IMG/VR virus record: IMGVR_UViG_3300020048_000029
Span: 1 to 64,000 of that record
Reading direction: 5' to 3' (one strand)
DNA: 64,000 bases
From: a virus
Each line of letters begins with the position of its first letter. The first letter of the stretch is position 1. The translations under genes were made by a program, and so were the position numbers. Shown piece by piece: positions 61,112 to 64,000 of this stretch. The notes under the pieces are model-generated. The model had not been told where the DNA came from and did no database searches. It saw nothing but the letters and a program-made list of their open reading frames with translations.

Positions 61112-62436
61112 TGGAATTGCAAGATCACCAAAAGGAAGCTATAAAGAGACTTGATGGTGGAATGATCTATTACCATGGTCTCGGAACAGGTAAGACCTTT
61201 ACGTCTATTGCGGCGACAGGCAAGTACGACAAAGTGAATGTTGTAACTCCTGCATCTCTTCGAGAGAACTACAAAAAAGAGATCGTAAAAGCCGGTGTAA
61301 AAGCTGAAAACTACAATGTCGGGTCATACGACCAGGCGCAGAAAAAAGCTCCTCCAACAGCCGACGCGATCATAGTTGATGAGGTTCACAGAATTTCTGA
61401 GCCTTCAAGCAAAAGATCGAGAGCGATACTTGACATAGCAAAATCGCACAAAACAAGAATCGGTCTTACAGCGACTCCAATCGTGAACAGGCCATCAGAC
61501 CTCGCCCCGCTTGCCCACTTCGTTGACCCGAACTCCGACATCCCAATGTCAAGAAAAGAGTTTGACAAGCGGTACATTGGGACGCACAAGCCTAATGTTG
61601 TTGCAAAGCTATTTGGAGCGAGAGACTCTAATTTTGTAAGCAACAAAAAGGAGTTGAAGAAGGCGTTCAAAGGAAGAATGCACTACGTTCCAGGTGGAGA
61701 GAAAGACTTTCCTGAAGTGAAGACTGAGTATGTTGATGTTAGAATGACAAAGCCTCAAGAGCGTCTTTACAAGACACTTGCTCACACGGCAAACCCGTTG
61801 GTAGCATTCAAAGTAAGGCACATGATCCCTCTGTCTTCACAAGAGCTCAAGACTGCAAACTCTTTCATGTCTGCAACAAGACAGGCATCGAATGACCCTC
61901 AGAAATTCGGGAATCATGGAGAAGGGTCGAAAGTCAAAAGAGCTGTAAGAGACATGGTTGAAGCGAGTAAAAAGGATCCTAACTACAAAGGTCTTGTCTA
62001 CTCGAATTACATCAAAAGTGGTACGTCTCTCATGACTAAAGAGCTTGATGCAAATGGGATTCCGTATCGAATATTCAACGGATCTCTCGGAGATGAAGTT
62101 CGTAAAAAGGCTGTTGCTGACTACAATAGCGGAGCCGCTAAAGCCTTGTTGATTTCATCTGCCGGAGCAGAAGGACTTGACTTGAAAGGCACCAAGATGG
62201 TTCAGGTTCTTGAGCCTCACTGGAACAATAACCGTATCAGACAGGTTATCGGAAGAGCTGCTCGATACAAGTCTCACGATGCTCTCCCGGAAAAAGAGCG
62301 TAAAGTTGTTGTAAGAAGATACCAAAGCACACTCCGTAGAGGTGCAAGTGCTGATGTATATTTGAACGACATGGCGAAGAAAAAAGACGAGCTTAATGAT
62401 AAGTTCCTCGAAGTTTTGAAAGAGGTTGGCAAATGA
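61111..62436 (+). CDS. SNF2-like SF2 helicase, poxviral D6/D11-like signature
   Basis: HQ, HGLGTGKT, DEVH, TATP..N, GAEGLDL, EPHWN, QVIGRAARYKSH..LP. Confidence 0.85.
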   Translation: MELQDHQKEAIKRLDGGMIYYHGLGTGKTFTSIAATGKYDKVNVVTPASLRENYKKEIVKAGVKAENYNVGSYDQAQKKAPPTADAIIVDEVHRISEPSSKRSRAILDIAKSHKTRIGLTATPIVNRPSDLAPLAHFVDPNSDIPMSRKEFDKRYIGTHKPNVVAKLFGARDSNFVSNKKELKKAFKGRMHYVPGGEKDFPEVKTEYVDVRMTKPQERLYKTLAHTANPLVAFKVRHMIPLSSQELKTANSFMSATRQASNDPQKFGNHGEGSKVKRAVRDMVEASKKDPNYKGLVYSNYIKSGTSLMTKELDANGIPYRIFNGSLGDEVRKKAVADYNSGAAKALLISSAGAEGLDLKGTKMVQVLEPHWNNNRIRQVIGRAARYKSHDALPEKERKVVVRRYQSTLRRGASADVYLNDMAKKKDELNDKFLEVLKEVGK

Positions 62437-62903
62437 GTAAGGCGTCTGAATATATTCTCCAAAAGATTGCCGAAGACAGGGAGTACACTTACAGAGGTGA
62501 GATTGTAAGAAGTGTTCCATTTGTTGGCGCTGGAGTCGCAGGAGGAGCTGTTGCTGAGTGGGCAAAGACTCATGTTCCAGTTAAAGCTGTTGGAAGAAAA
62601 GCAGTTCTTGGAGCTGCTGCTGCCATCGGAGGTTACGGTGTGTCAAATGCGGTTGTAGGTGGAAAATTCGACAACAACACAATTCCAGTTGCAATAGGCC
62701 TCGGTACCGGAGCTATAGGAAACGGAGTTTATGAAGCTGTAAATATGAAGCAGTATGTCAAGAAGCACCCGCTTATTTTGCCTAAAAACGTACCAGTCAA
62801 TAATTATCACAAGGGGATAGCTGGTGCGACATCAGCTCTTCTTGGAGGCCTTGCGTCAGTTGCAGTAATGAAAGGAATTAAAAAAGATGAACGAGAATCT
62901 TGA
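62433..62903 (+). CDS. Glycine-zipper-like membrane-active protein
   Basis: Four GxxxG/AxxxG helices; N-terminal LQKIA. Confidence 0.65.
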   Translation: MSKASEYILQKIAEDREYTYRGEIVRSVPFVGAGVAGGAVAEWAKTHVPVKAVGRKAVLGAAAAIGGYGVSNAVVGGKFDNNTIPVAIGLGTGAIGNGVYEAVNMKQYVKKHPLILPKNVPVNNYHKGIAGATSALLGGLASVAVMKGIKKDERES

Positions 62904-63531
62904 AAACACGATCGCTTTAACAGGCGCTGGAGCACTTGGGTACGGAGCGTACAAAACCGATGGCTTTAAAAATGTCAGAGACAGAGCGTCTGTGTTGATG
63001 AACAACATGGCTAATACCGTTGAATCAAACCAACTGTTCAAGAGCAGACAAGCCGCAATAGCAGCGCAAGAACTCAAAAGAGCATCTGCTCAAAAGATTG
63101 CGTCAAGAGCAATTGCTGCGGCGTCTATCCTTGGCACAATAGGAGCCGGCAACAGTCTCTACAGAAGTGTTGCAGCAACCAAAGACACTGTAGCTGCCAA
63201 CAAGTCGAACATCAATAATATCTTCAGTAATGTGTCGTCTGCAACTGGAGCCGTCAAGGATATGGCTGCAAACGCAGGTGCTGGGTCAAGGAAGATTTTT
63301 GACAACCTTGTGTCAGCAAGTGACGCTGTAGTTGAAGCGGCTAAAGATACAAAAACCGGAGTTGGCAGCATTGTTGACAATGCTATCGGAGCGTCTAAAA
63401 ATGTTGCTGACACGACTGGAAGTGTCGCTTCAGGCGCCAAAAGCGTAGCAGGAGTCATGTCCAAAGGCTCAAGCCTTGCCGGAATTGTTAAAATGGTAAA
63501 CGGGGTCGCAAGACCTATGTTCAGAAAGTAG
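62887..63531 (+). CDS. Ala/Gly/Ser-rich helical-repeat protein
   Basis: Quasi-repeats FSNVSSATGAV / FDNLVSASDAV / VDNAIGASKNV. Confidence 0.65.
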   Translation: MNENLENTIALTGAGALGYGAYKTDGFKNVRDRASVLMNNMANTVESNQLFKSRQAAIAAQELKRASAQKIASRAIAAASILGTIGAGNSLYRSVAATKDTVAANKSNINNIFSNVSSATGAVKDMAANAGAGSRKIFDNLVSASDAVVEAAKDTKTGVGSIVDNAIGASKNVADTTGSVASGAKSVAGVMSKGSSLAGIVKMVNGVARPMFRK

Positions 63532-63538
63532 GAATACT

Positions 63539-64000
63539 ATGGAAGCTATGTTTTATGAATCTCTCAAGGATGTCCTGGCGTTTGAAGGAGGGTATTCAAA
63601 CGACCCTAAAGACCCAGGTGGAGAGACGAACCTTGGAATTACAAAAGCTGTTTACGATGCGTACCGTAAAAGCAAAAAGATTGCGGTAAGATCTGTTAAG
63701 TTCATCGATAAAAAAGAGGTTGAAGACATTTACTACAACCTCTACTGGTTGAAAACTGGATGTGACAAGGTGCCTGCAAAATGGGGATACATGATGTTTG
63801 ACACTGCTGTTAACTGCGGAGTGTCAAGATCTGTCAAAATTGCTCAAGAATCACTGGTTCGTCTAGGTGTAAAAACTACTGTTGATGGCAAGATTGGTCC
63901 AAATACGATCAAAAGCATTAACTCTGTAGTTGACGTTGATAACTCATCGGTGAAGACTTATATTAAGGTCAGAAACGAATTTTATGACTCGATTTGCGTT
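63539..64000 (+). CDS. Glycoside hydrolase family 108 lysozyme (3'-truncated; not in ORF track)
   Basis: EGGYSNDPKDPGGETNLGIT, YW, FDTAVNCG, VDGKIGPNT. Confidence 0.9.
   Translation, partial: MEAMFYESLKDVLAFEGGYSNDPKDPGGETNLGITKAVYDAYRKSKKIAVRSVKFIDKKEVEDIYYNLYWLKTGCDKVPAKWGYMMFDTAVNCGVSRSVKIAQESLVRLGVKTTVDGKIGPNTIKSINSVVDVDNSSVKTYIKVRNEFYDSICV

Noticed and set aside
7-63464. Numerous short antisense or alternate-frame ORFs inside long genes
   Set aside because: Shadow ORFs fully overlapping well-supported genes, with no motifs
1-64000. Alternative genetic code (TAG or TGA reassigned)
   Set aside because: Very long ORFs are intact in code 11, and TAG ends genes at natural termini (e.g. EDDLPF-TAG at 32724, E1 at 9404); the isolated in-frame stops are better explained as mutations or errors

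Overview
This window is a 64 kb fragment of a large tailed-phage (Caudoviricetes-like) genome using the standard genetic code; I saw no tRNA, rRNA, CRISPR array or integrase. It has three blocks. (1) 1-7944 (+): virion genes (beta-helix/tail-like proteins, putative head proteins, portal-like protein with a Zn-finger insert). (2) 8017-53024 (-): a long early/middle block. It holds an apparently complete ubiquitin-like conjugation operon (two E2-like proteins, JAB/MPN protease, E1/ThiF, tandem multi-Ubl precursor). It also holds VRR-NUC, SNF2, RecB-like and DnaQ-like enzymes, RtcB, an SSB-like protein, a DnaG-type primase fused to an MCM-type helicase, ThyX, a DinG-like helicase and many small hypothetical genes. 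About 10 of those small genes are separated by attC-like palindromic elements. An AT-rich, repeat-bearing origin-like region lies near 51.3-51.7 kb. (3) 53068-64000 (+): a single-chain beta-beta' RNA polymerase (2065 aa), Gly/Ala-rich basic proteins, a second SNF2-like helicase resembling poxviral D6/D11, and a GH108 lysozyme running off the window. The best candidates for undescribed systems are the phage-borne ubiquitin-like operon (8.2-14 kb) and the integron-like gene-cassette array (20.8-24.7 kb). All family calls come from motif recognition by eye, not database searches.
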